From contig CBEVQY010000001.1 in NCBI GenBank assembly GCA_965552135.1, forward strand, positions 32,001 through 96,000: a DNA stretch of 64,000 bases, read 5' to 3'. The stretch's first letter is position 1, and each line of letters starts with the position of its first letter. This stretch comes from an uncultured bacterium (GTDB lineage Bacteria > UBP14 > UBA6098 > B30-G16). The notes below the pieces were generated by a model that saw only the letters and a list, made by a program, of their open reading frames with translations, was not told the DNA's origin and ran no database searches. The translations under genes were made by a program, and so were the position numbers. This document shows positions 48,502-57,173 of this stretch, piece after piece.

Positions 48502-50841
48502 TTACAGCTTGAGCAGGATGTAGACGGTGGTTGCGACCCCCGAGAGGATCGAGATTACATCTCTAAGCGAAGCGAGCCAGTTGACTTCGCGTTTTATGCG
48601 CTGAGGGACGACAATGATATCGCCTGGGGAGACATCGTTGAAGCCGAGCGAGACCTTAAGGACTCTGCCGTTTGGTTTCACAAGTCTTATTTCGCTTCTG
48701 TCGGCGTTGCGGGTAAGCCCCCCTGCGCGCTTGATGTAATACCTGACGCTTTTGCCCTTGCGGTATTTGACCGTTCCGTTCGACGCAACTGCGCCCGTAA
48801 CGCTCACGCCGTCGGGTCGACGCGGAATGAATATCGTGTCGCCGGGCTCCATCTTTATGTCGTCCTTGCCGGCAAGGATAGCCTCCATATCGAGGATCAC
48901 CCTGTTGAGATCCGCGGGGTTCCAGTTGAATATCAGTGCGGTTGTGTCGATTCTGCCGAGGGTGTCGAGGGTTAGCTGCTGCGTGCCCCGAATAACGCGC
49001 AGAACGTTCCTCCGGGCAACCTCCTCCGCTATTCGTGGCCGAATAAACACCGCACCTTCGAGGAAAGCTTCGTCCGTCACGCCGCCAGCTCGAGCTATTA
49101 TGTGGGAAAGCGTTTCGTCATCGGAGAGCAGAGCGTAGTTGCCCGGGAAGTTAACCTCCCCAAGAACGGTGACGAACTGATTTTTTCGCCACTTCGGCAC
49201 AGAGCGGACGAAGAGATAATCGTCGTCCTGAAGCTTTAGGTTTCTTGGGTCGCTTGGGTTGCGAAGGATATCACCTAAGGGGATGACCTCAAGTTTCGTC
49301 TCACGCCCCTCTATGATTCTAACGAGCTCGGCGCTGTCGGGGTAGGCGTATTTCGTAAGTCCGCCCGCAAGGAAAACAAGATCAGAGACCCTCATTCCCT
49401 CAAAAAGCTCGTACCTTCCCGGTTTTCGCACGGCGCCGCCCACTGCGACGTATTCTTTGTCCAGAAAACGCCGCTTCGAAAAGACCTGGATCCTGTCGTG
49501 CGGCTTAAGGGGGATGTTTGCGGCAGAATCCCCCTCAAGCGCCTTGCCAAGGTCGACCGGCATCAGGCGATATCTACCGTCCCCCATCAAGCGAAGCAGG
49601 TTCGCTCTGGCAAGGTAGGTGTCGTCAAAGAGTGCGTTGTCGCCCTTAAAAAGGTCTGCCACGCGCATCCCCTCGAACCATCCGTACGCCCCCGGCTGTG
49701 GCACATAGCCCTCGACGAAAACGATCTTCTCCCTGTACGGGTTGACCGGGAAGATCGATATATCGTCGCCGTCTTCAAGTGGAGTTTTGGCTTGGGAGGA
49801 GTCGGTCAGGTCGATCGTCAGCGACCTGTGCAGTCCGTTTTCGAGTCTGTCCACGAAGATCGCTTTCGTGTTTGCGTCGGGGAGCGTGCCGCCGCAAAGC
49901 CTTATCAGGTCGGCTATGGTCTCGCCGGGCAAAAGCTCGTATTCGGCGGGTGTCTTCACCCTGCCGCGGAGCTTGACGAGCACCTTGTAGTGCGGCACAA
50001 CGACGACGTCGCCTGCGGCAAGCTGGATGTTGCCGGCTGCCTTGCCGCGACGTATAAATTCGTAGACATCGAGGCTTGCGACAAGCCTGTTGCCGCGGTA
50101 GACTTTGACGTCCCTGTAGGAGCCCACTGAGTCCGGTCCGCCTGCGGCGACGAGGGCGGTCATTACCCTCGAAAGCCCGGGCAGGTCGTAAACCCCCGGA
50201 CGCTTCACCTGCCCAACGACAAAGACCCTTATCGTCTTCACCGCTGCAACCGAAAGGCTCGCCTGGAAATCGGAGTACACAGCCTGAAGCGCTCGCTTCA
50301 CGGCAGCCTCGGCGGCGGAAAGCTTAAGACCCCCAACGGCAACCTCACCCACCTGAGGAATGTAGATCTTCCCCTCCCTGTCCACAGTGAGTTCATACTG
50401 ACCGTTCACGCCGCCCCAGAGGTTGAGGAGGAGCTTGTCTCCGCTTCCCAGCACGTACTCTTCGGATACCGGCAGCTGTGCCGTAAATGGCACCGCCGTC
50501 GTATTGGCGAAGAGATCCTCGCCGTAGCGCCTGAGGACGCGTGGAGTAGCCTTCCTTATCACCTGAACCGTCTCACCCTCTATGACCACAGGTTCGTCGA
50601 AGTACGGCAGCGTTTCGGGCGGAGCGGGCTTTGGCGCCTGGGGCGCAGGCTGAGCAACAACGACGGTCTCGGGGGGGTATATAGTCGGCGTTTGATATCG
50701 CTGAACTCCACCGCTTACGCCTGTGCCCCTCTGCTGCTCGAGGTAGCGCCGGTATTGTTCAAGCGGATATGGCAGCTGTGCGACGCTTTTGTGGGGTGAG
50801 AGGAGAGCAAGCGCAGCAAATATAAGGAGCGTTTTCCTCAT
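48502..50841 (-). CDS. Polysaccharide export protein with multiple SLBB domains (Wza/KpsD-like)
   Basis: Signal peptide from ATG 50841; YVLGSGD, VDREGKIYIPQVG, repeated V.G.V..PG.Y...AGG SLBB units. Confidence 0.9.
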   Translation of the reverse strand: MRKTLLIFAALALLSPHKSVAQLPYPLEQYRRYLEQQRGTGVSGGVQRYQTPTIYPPETVVVAQPAPQAPKPAPPETLPYFDEPVVIEGETVQVIRKATPRVLRRYGEDLFANTTAVPFTAQLPVSEEYVLGSGDKLLLNLWGGVNGQYELTVDREGKIYIPQVGEVAVGGLKLSAAEAAVKRALQAVYSDFQASLSVAAVKTIRVFVVGQVKRPGVYDLPGLSRVMTALVAAGGPDSVGSYRDVKVYRGNRLVASLDVYEFIRRGKAAGNIQLAAGDVVVVPHYKVLVKLRGRVKTPAEYELLPGETIADLIRLCGGTLPDANTKAIFVDRLENGLHRSLTIDLTDSSQAKTPLEDGDDISIFPVNPYREKIVFVEGYVPQPGAYGWFEGMRVADLFKGDNALFDDTYLARANLLRLMGDGRYRLMPVDLGKALEGDSAANIPLKPHDRIQVFSKRRFLDKEYVAVGGAVRKPGRYELFEGMRVSDLVFLAGGLTKYAYPDSAELVRIIEGRETKLEVIPLGDILRNPSDPRNLKLQDDDYLFVRSVPKWRKNQFVTVLGEVNFPGNYALLSDDETLSHIIARAGGVTDEAFLEGAVFIRPRIAEEVARRNVLRVIRGTQQLTLDTLGRIDTTALIFNWNPADLNRVILDMEAILAGKDDIKMEPGDTIFIPRRPDGVSVTGAVASNGTVKYRKGKSVRYYIKRAGGLTRNADRSEIRLVKPNGRVLKVSLGFNDVSPGDIIVVPQRIKREVNWLASLRDVISILSGVATTVYILLKL

Positions 50842-51470
50842 TCCTGGGAGCCCTCCTCCTCGGGCGCAGTCTCCTCGGGCGCAGCCTCCTCCTTCGCCTC
50901 CACAACGCCGCGTGGACGCACAACCGTCGCAACGACCTCGTCGGGATCGTTGAGGATTTTGACGTTGGGGACGGAGACGTCCTTCACGTGGAGCGACTCG
51001 CCCAGGTCGATGTTGCTTACGTCGATTTCGATCACCTCCGGGGCGTCCTGAGGGGTGCACATAACCTCGAGCTCATCGAGGTGTGCGGTAAATACCCCTC
51101 CCTTTTTGACCCCCAGGGGCGTCCCCACAAACTCCACGGGCAGCTTGAAGGCTATTGGGCGACCGGGGTGGATGTGGACGAAGTCGGCGTGGATGATGAG
51201 GTCTGTGACGGGGTCGTGCTGGACCTCCTTTATAACAGTGAGGACGACGTCTTCCCCCCCGTTGCGCTCTATGTGTAACTCCACCATAGCGTGTTCGCCT
51301 GCGCGTGCGTGGACGACGTGTGAGAGCTCGTTTTTGGGGATCTTAAGCGGCACGGGCTCCTCGCCGGGTCCGTAGAGGATGGCGGGCACAAAGCCCTGTC
51401 TCCGCAACCTGCGGGATGCACGGCTACCAACCTCGCTCCTTGGGTAAGCCTTAAGCGGTATGCCTTTCAT
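50838..51470 (-). CDS. rplY: 50S ribosomal protein L25 / general stress protein Ctc
   Basis: RRLRRQGFVPAILYG, KEVQHDPV...HADF, GVKKGG; acidic tail. Confidence 0.95.
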   Translation of the reverse strand: MKGIPLKAYPRSEVGSRASRRLRRQGFVPAILYGPGEEPVPLKIPKNELSHVVHARAGEHAMVELHIERNGGEDVVLTVIKEVQHDPVTDLIIHADFVHIHPGRPIAFKLPVEFVGTPLGVKKGGVFTAHLDELEVMCTPQDAPEVIEIDVSNIDLGESLHVKDVSVPNVKILNDPDEVVATVVRPRGVVEAKEEAAPEETAPEEEGSQE

Positions 51471-51489
51471 ATCGTCTCCCCCCTGCTGG

Positions 51490-52566
51490 CTAAACCGAGC
51501 TGAAAAGCTCGCTTCCGGCTTTGAAAAGACCGCTTAGAGATCTTTCCTCGTGGATGCACTTTATGGCTGCGGCGAAAAGCGGCGCCACCGATATGACCTT
51601 AAGAAGATGCGGGCAAAGCCTCGACTTCGCCTCCTCGCTTAGGGGCACCGTGTCGGTTACAGCCATAAGGTCTATTTCGGAATCGGCGAGCCTGTCGACG
51701 GCGGGGTATGAGAGGAGAGGATGTGTTGCGATTGCTACAACGAGCCTTGCCCCCTCTGCGCGGAGCTTGTGGGCAGCCTTGACGACGGTGCCCGCCGTGT
51801 CGATTATATCGTCCACTATTATCGCAACCTTCCCCCTAACCTCGCCGACGATATCGACCACCTGCGCCTCGTTGGGGGCGCTGCGGCGCTTGTAGATTAT
51901 GGCTATCGAGGCGCCCAAATACTGCGCAATCTTCTCAACCCTCTTTACCCCGCCTATGTCGGGCGAAACGATGACCAGATCACCGCCTCGCACGGGCGTC
52001 GGGATGTCGAGGTACTTCGGCATCTGCTGGGTTATGAAGTTCACGAAGACCCAGTCGGAGATGAGGTGGTCGGTGGGGACGTCGAAGAAGCCCTGGATAG
52101 CCGGCGAGTGGAGGTCGATGGTCAGGACTCTGTCGGCGCCTGCGGCAACGATGAGGTTGGCAACAAGCTTTGCCGAGATGGGAACCCTCGGTCTGTCCTT
52201 ACGCTCCTGCCGGGCGTAGCCGAAGTAGGGTATGACGGCTGTGACCCTTCGGGCGCTTGCGCGGCGTGTGGCGTCCAAAAGCAAAAGGAGCTCGAGGAGG
52301 TTATCGCCCTGAGGCTGCACCGACTGCGGAACGAAAACCTTCTCGTCCCTGCCCGGAACCTGCTCGAGCCTGCCCGAGATCGCAGGTTGCGTCGACTCGA
52401 TTATGAACACGTCCTTCCCGCGTATGTTCTCGAGGATCTGGATCCTTATCTCGCCGTCGGCGAAGTTGCTCAGCAAAAGCTTGGTCTTTTCGACGCCGAG
52501 GTGGTGAGCGATGGCTTCGCCCAGGGCTTCGTTGGACCTTCCGATGATAAGCTTTAGGTCATCCAT
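51490..52566 (-). CDS. prs: Ribose-phosphate pyrophosphokinase
   Basis: FADGEI, PYFGYARQER, DLHSPAIQGFFD, SPDIGG, VDDIIDTAGT; ATG 52566. Confidence 0.96.
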   Translation of the reverse strand: MDDLKLIIGRSNEALGEAIAHHLGVEKTKLLLSNFADGEIRIQILENIRGKDVFIIESTQPAISGRLEQVPGRDEKVFVPQSVQPQGDNLLELLLLLDATRRASARRVTAVIPYFGYARQERKDRPRVPISAKLVANLIVAAGADRVLTIDLHSPAIQGFFDVPTDHLISDWVFVNFITQQMPKYLDIPTPVRGGDLVIVSPDIGGVKRVEKIAQYLGASIAIIYKRRSAPNEAQVVDIVGEVRGKVAIIVDDIIDTAGTVVKAAHKLRAEGARLVVAIATHPLLSYPAVDRLADSEIDLMAVTDTVPLSEEAKSRLCPHLLKVISVAPLFAAAIKCIHEERSLSGLFKAGSELFSSV

Positions 52567-52604
52567 TGCAACCCCTTTTGTGCTCCGCAAAAGACTTAAA
52601 AACG

Positions 52605-52676
52605 CTGGGGCGGGAGGATTCGAACCTCCGAATGGCGGATCCAAAGTCCGCTGCCTTACCGCTTGGCTACGCCCCA
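52605..52676 (-). tRNA. tRNA-Gln (anticodon TTG), CCA not encoded
   Basis: TGGGGCGTAGCCAAGCGGTAAGGCAGCGGACTTTGGATCCGCCATTCGGAGGTTCGAATCCTCCCGCCCCAG folds as a cloverleaf; classic ispE-tRNAGln-prs context. Confidence 0.97.
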
Positions 52677-53530
52677 GGGCGCGTTATGTGCGACTCAAGC
52701 CTGCAGGGCTTGGTCCTAAAGACTCTCCAGCTCCCCCAGCCGGCTTCCGCGGCGCGGCGCAGGACGGCGACATCGCGAAAAAGCCCAAACACAGCCGATC
52801 CGCTCCCGGAAAGCCCGGCGTGAAACGCCCCCAAAGACCTCAAACGCCGAATCGCTGCGCAAACCTCAGGATATCGCCCGCAAACTACAGGCTCGAAGTC
52901 GTTCCTGAAAAGCCCCACAACCTCCCACACCCCCCCCGCTTTCTCTATTTTTTTGACCACCTCGGGGGTTGTCAAGGAGTTTCTTATCTGGGAGTATGCC
53001 CACGCGGTGCTGACGGAGAAGGGCGGGATGAGGATGAGGATGTGGTAGCCAAGCGGGGCTTCGATCTCCTCGACGATTTCGCCCTTGCCCCTGACTATTG
53101 CGGTGCCCTTCGAGAAGAAGAAGGGGACGTCGGCGCCGACGCGGGAGCCGATTTCCGCCATTTCGCTCGGCGTGAGGCGCAGGTTAAGGATCTCGTTTGC
53201 CGCTTTGATGAACGCCGCGGCGTCGGAGCTTCCGCCGCCAAGCCCCGAGCCGGGCGGTATGCGCTTCCGGATGTGTACACGAAGCGGTCTGAGCTCGCCG
53301 AGATGCTCCCTCAGCACATCCCACGCCACCTCAACCGTGTTTTTGCCCGAAAGCCTCTCGCCACAAACGCTTACCTCAAAGCGGCTTGAGGGAGACACGA
53401 CGAGCTCGTCGGCAAAGTCAACCGCCTGGATTATGGAGAAGATCTCGTGGTATCCGTCGCTGCGCCGCCCGAGGATGTAGAGGCACAGGTTCACCTTCGC
53501 CGGCGCAGAGACCACAAAGCCGCCTTCCAC
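52667..53530 (-). CDS. ispE: 4-(cytidine 5'-diphospho)-2-C-methyl-D-erythritol kinase
   Basis: APAKVNLCL, RSDGYHEI, KRIPPGSGLGGGSSDAAA, GADVPFF, NDFE, SGSGSAVF. Confidence 0.96.
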   Translation of the reverse strand: MEGGFVVSAPAKVNLCLYILGRRSDGYHEIFSIIQAVDFADELVVSPSSRFEVSVCGERLSGKNTVEVAWDVLREHLGELRPLRVHIRKRIPPGSGLGGGSSDAAAFIKAANEILNLRLTPSEMAEIGSRVGADVPFFFSKGTAIVRGKGEIVEEIEAPLGYHILILIPPFSVSTAWAYSQIRNSLTTPEVVKKIEKAGGVWEVVGLFRNDFEPVVCGRYPEVCAAIRRLRSLGAFHAGLSGSGSAVFGLFRDVAVLRRAAEAGWGSWRVFRTKPCRLESHITRPGA

Positions 53531-53648
53531 CTTTCCCTCCGGGATGTGCCCCGCGGCTCCTGCGCGGCTATCTCCCCTCGCCCAAAGCGACCTTGCCTGC
53601 AGCCGGGGAGATGCGCTTCGTTTCGGTCAGCGCCTCGGGGCGAGGCTG

Positions 53649-54584
53649 TCACTCAACGCCGCAGCGGGCTTTAAGCTCCTCCCACCTGCGGTCAACCCAG
53701 CGCTGAAGCTCCTCTATAATACCGCGGTTCTCGGGCGCGAAAAGGTGCCTGAACCTGCCCTGCTCCTTGATCCACTCCTCGAGAGGGATCTTCTTGCCGG
53801 TTTTTTCGGGGTTGTAGTTGAGCTTCCACTTTCCGTTCTCGACCTCGAAGAGGGGCCAGAAGCAGCAGTCGACGGCTTTGCGGGACATCTCCATCGACTT
53901 GTCTTCGCGGAAGCGCCATCCCACAGGGCAGGGCATTAGGATGTTTATGAAGGCTGGTCCTTCAATCTCCAGCGCGCGCTGGACCTTGCGCATAAGGTCC
54001 ATAAAGTTGTGCGGCGCAGCCTGAGCGACGTAGGGGATTTCGTGCGCAACCATTATCTCGGTAAGGGGCTTTCTGTGCTGCCTTTTGCCTGGGATCTTCT
54101 TCCCCGCGGGTGTGGTTGAGGTTGCAGCTCCCAGGGGCGTTGCGCCGGAGCGCTGTATGCCCGTGTTCATGTAAGCCTCGTTGTCGTAGCAGATGTAGAG
54201 CATGTTGTGTCCGCGCTCCATTGCGCCCGAGAGCGCCTGGAGACCGATGTCGTATGTTCCGCCGTCGCCGCCGACGGCGATGAAGTTTATCTTCTTTTCG
54301 ACCTTGCCCTTGCGCCGCAGGGCTCGGTAGGCTGCCTCGACGCCGGAGATCGTTGCCGCAACGTTCTCGAAGGCGTTGTGGATGTAAGGTATCCGCCAGG
54401 CGGTGTAGGGGTAGATGGTCGTTACGACCTCCATGCACCCCGTTGCGAGACCTATCACCGTGTTTGGTCCTGCGGCGTGGGTCACCATGCGGAGGATGGC
54501 TGCTCCTGCGCAGCCAGCACACGCCCTGTGACCCGGCGCCAAAAGATCCCTCCTGCCAGCAAGCTCCTTGAGGTTGATCGCCAT
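53649..54584 (-). CDS. porB: Pyruvate:ferredoxin oxidoreductase beta subunit
   Basis: GHRACAGC, TGCMEV, GGDGGTYDIG, DNEAYMNTGIQRS, PCPVGW. Confidence 0.93.
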   Translation of the reverse strand: MAINLKELAGRRDLLAPGHRACAGCAGAAILRMVTHAAGPNTVIGLATGCMEVVTTIYPYTAWRIPYIHNAFENVAATISGVEAAYRALRRKGKVEKKINFIAVGGDGGTYDIGLQALSGAMERGHNMLYICYDNEAYMNTGIQRSGATPLGAATSTTPAGKKIPGKRQHRKPLTEIMVAHEIPYVAQAAPHNFMDLMRKVQRALEIEGPAFINILMPCPVGWRFREDKSMEMSRKAVDCCFWPLFEVENGKWKLNYNPEKTGKKIPLEEWIKEQGRFRHLFAPENRGIIEELQRWVDRRWEELKARCGVE

Positions 54585-54589
54585 CTTAT

Positions 54590-54886
54590 CTATACCTCCT
54601 TGCTTTCGAAGTCCTGCCCTAAAGCGCGCCTAAGCTCCTTGCGGTATATCCTCTCCTCAAGCTCTCCAAGCCAGCCCTGGAGGACGACTGCGCCCAGGAA
54701 GTGCCAGAAAAGACCGATTCCCCAAAAGAGCGTAACCCACCAAAACCAAAGGTGCTCTGGGCTTGTGGCAAAGTTTATGACTGCAAGGACTGCGTTTACG
54801 CCGATGTACGTCACAAGGTGGGACACAAACCCCACTATTGCCTCTGCCTTGCGCTTCGCCCGCTTTCTTATTTCCTCGTGCTCCAT
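54590..54886 (-). CDS. 2TM-domain membrane protein
   Basis: RAKRK...GFVSHLVTYIGVNAVLAVIN...WFWWVTLFWGIGLFWH; ATG 54886. Confidence 0.85.
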   Translation of the reverse strand: MEHEEIRKRAKRKAEAIVGFVSHLVTYIGVNAVLAVINFATSPEHLWFWWVTLFWGIGLFWHFLGAVVLQGWLGELEERIYRKELRRALGQDFESKEV

Positions 54887-54905
54887 CAGGATGCTCCTTG
54901 CGCCT

Positions 54906-56090
54906 TTATTCGCGAACTCCCCAGACCTTGAAGAGCGTTTGAGGCGGCGTCTGACGATAGGAGAGGAGCTCTTCGAAGATCTGCTCAAGCTCCTTTGCGC
55001 GGATGTCCCTTCCGCCGAGTCCGTAGAGGTAGTCAACGACGAGGGGCGGGTTCGGTCTTCCGAAGAGGGCTGACCTGACCTCGATGAACACAGGACCTCC
55101 CTGGGCGCCGAAGGAGGCTGATCTGTCCATAACGCCCACGACCCTGAACCTTTCCAGAAGCTCCGCGAGCTCCTCGTGGGGGAACGGTCTGAAAACCCTT
55201 ATCTTCACCAGCCCCACCTTCTCTCCGCGCTCGCGCAGTCTGTCGACGGCGACGCGGGCTGTGCCCGCAGTGCTGCCAAGAGCAACCAAAACCACCTCCG
55301 CGTCGTCGCAGCGATACGTCTCGAGGAAATCGTAGTACCTGCCTGTAAGCTCGCCGTAGGCTCTGCCGACCTCCTTTATCACAGGCGGGACTTTGGTCAT
55401 GGCGTCGATCTGCTGCATCTTGTGCTCGAGGTAGTAGTCCTGCAGGTCGAGTGGACCGACGGTGACGGGATTGTCGACATCAAGCAGCGAGAAGTGGGGC
55501 TTTCGCTCGGCGCCGACGAACTCCAAAGCCTCGTCCTCGTCGAGGATCTCCACAACCTCGGTCGTGTGGGAGATGATAAAGCCGTCGAACGAAACCATAA
55601 CGGGCAGAAGCACCCTCTCGTCCTCGGCGATCCTGAAGGCTTGGATGATGTTGTCGTAGACCTCCTGCGAGTTTTCGGCGTATATCTGTATCCATCCTGC
55701 ATCCCTTGCGCCCATTGTGTCGGAGTGGTCGCCGTGGATGTTTATAGGGGCGGAAAGCGCTCTGTTTATCACCGCCATAACGATAGGCAGCCTTGTGGAC
55801 GCAGCGATGTAGAGGATTTCCCACATAAGCGCCAGACCGTTTGCGGCGGTGGCCGTAAACGCCCTTGCACCAGCAGCCGATGCGCCAACGGCGGCGCTCA
55901 TGGCGGAGTGCTCCGACTCCACAAGCACAAGCTCGGTGTCGACGTCGCCGTCGGCAACGAACTCGGCGAACTTGTGCATAAGCTCCGTCTGCGGCGTGAT
56001 CGGGAAGGCTGCAGCAACGTCGGGCGAAACGTGCCTGAACGCCCACGCACCAGCCTCGTTCCCCGTTAAAGCAAGCTTTCGCCTCGCCAT
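54906..56090 (-). CDS. porA: Pyruvate:ferredoxin oxidoreductase alpha subunit
   Basis: TGNEA, AFPITPQT, ESEHSAMSA, NRALSAPINIHGDHSD, DGFIISH, FRPFP, YGLGGRD. Confidence 0.93.
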   Translation of the reverse strand: MARRKLALTGNEAGAWAFRHVSPDVAAAFPITPQTELMHKFAEFVADGDVDTELVLVESEHSAMSAAVGASAAGARAFTATAANGLALMWEILYIAASTRLPIVMAVINRALSAPINIHGDHSDTMGARDAGWIQIYAENSQEVYDNIIQAFRIAEDERVLLPVMVSFDGFIISHTTEVVEILDEDEALEFVGAERKPHFSLLDVDNPVTVGPLDLQDYYLEHKMQQIDAMTKVPPVIKEVGRAYGELTGRYYDFLETYRCDDAEVVLVALGSTAGTARVAVDRLRERGEKVGLVKIRVFRPFPHEELAELLERFRVVGVMDRSASFGAQGGPVFIEVRSALFGRPNPPLVVDYLYGLGGRDIRAKELEQIFEELLSYRQTPPQTLFKVWGVRE

Positions 56091-56108
56091 CTTTTTACCT
56101 TCCTTTTT

Positions 56109-56396
56109 TCACGTTTGCTCAAGGACCATCTCTATCGCCCCCTTGGGGCATTCGTTCGCACAAATGCCGCAACCCTTGCAGTGATCGTAGTCGAAGCCGC
56201 TCATCTTTCCGTCCTTGACTATAACCGACGAGTCGGGGCAGAAAATCCAGCATATCATGCAGTGGATGCACTTGTCCTCGTGGAGGACCGGGCGATACGT
56301 CCTCCAGCCGCCCGTAAGGTACTTCTCCGAGTTGCCGGGCTCAACTATAAGTCCCCCTATTGGGATCTCCTTCCAACCCTTCTTTTGCTCAGACAT
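56109..56396 (-). CDS. porD: Pyruvate:ferredoxin oxidoreductase delta (ferredoxin) subunit
   Basis: TGGWRTYRP, CIHCMICWIFCPD, CKGCGICANECP. Confidence 0.92.
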   Translation of the reverse strand: MSEQKKGWKEIPIGGLIVEPGNSEKYLTGGWRTYRPVLHEDKCIHCMICWIFCPDSSVIVKDGKMSGFDYDHCKGCGICANECPKGAIEMVLEQT

Positions 56397-56408
56397 CTTT
56401 GCGCCTCC

Positions 56409-56987
56409 TTACTCTCCCACTATCTCCTCGTATGCTCGCTTGACCGCCCTTATGTTCCCTTCGATCACCTCCTCCGGGAACTTTCCGGCGAACTTTTTGC
56501 GTATGTCGGCATAAATTGTGTCTATGCTCAGTATCCCCGTGGCTTTTATGAGGGCGCCTATCATCGGCGTGTTCGGGATCGGTCTTCCAAGCTCGTCGAT
56601 TGCGATCTTTGTGGCGTCGATGGTGAATATCCTAAACTTTCCCGCGGGCAGTCCGAGCTTTTGCCGCACCCACGACGGGTCGTTCGCGGTGTTGACGATG
56701 ATAACGCCGTCGTCGGGCACGCCCTCTGTGACGTCGACGACGTCAAGAAGCGTTGGGTCCAAAACGACGACGATTCTTGGGGACTCAACCGGGTCGTGCC
56801 GCGTGATGGGCTTTGTCGAGATGCGGGTGAATCCCCGCATCGGCGCGCCCCTCCGCTCGGGACCGTATTCGGGAAAGCCCTGACCGTACTTCCCCTCGCC
56901 TATCGCTGCAGCTGCAAGAAACGTCGCAGCCGTCTTCGCTCCCTGACCCCCTCTGCCGTGCCATCTGATCTCCAAAAATTCCTCCAT
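56409..56987 (-). CDS. porC: Pyruvate:ferredoxin oxidoreductase gamma subunit
   Basis: EIRWHGRGGQGAKTAA, PEYGPERRGAP, DATKIA, PNTPMIGA. Confidence 0.92.
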   Translation of the reverse strand: MEEFLEIRWHGRGGQGAKTAATFLAAAAIGEGKYGQGFPEYGPERRGAPMRGFTRISTKPITRHDPVESPRIVVVLDPTLLDVVDVTEGVPDDGVIIVNTANDPSWVRQKLGLPAGKFRIFTIDATKIAIDELGRPIPNTPMIGALIKATGILSIDTIYADIRKKFAGKFPEEVIEGNIRAVKRAYEEIVGE

Positions 56988-57116
56988 CTCTAAAACCTCC
57001 CGCCAAGCGTGGACACCAAGAACCTACAAATATCGCCCCCTTCGGATGCAACGTCAAGCTATTTTTAGACAAGCTCGAATACGTTTACCCAAGCAGAGGA
57101 GTGCGCCCTTTCTTCC

Positions 57117-57144
57117 TTGACTTAAGGCAAATGACGATTATTTT
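57117..57144 (+). promoter_or_regulatory. Putative sigma70 promoter for the giant surface protein
   Basis: TTGACT-16 nt-TATTTT, then AAGGAGG RBS at about 57161. Confidence 0.5.
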
Positions 57145-57173
57145 TATTAAATCGAGCGAAAAGGAGGGGTTTG

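Noticed and set aside
52605..52676. tRNA-Gln as a prophage/island integration site
   Set aside because: No integrase or duplicated tRNA 3' end was seen, and the flanks are the standard ispE and prs genes
53595..53640. CTGACCGAAAC on the minus strand as a hammerhead ribozyme core
   Set aside because: It lacks CUGANGA followed by stem II before GAAA
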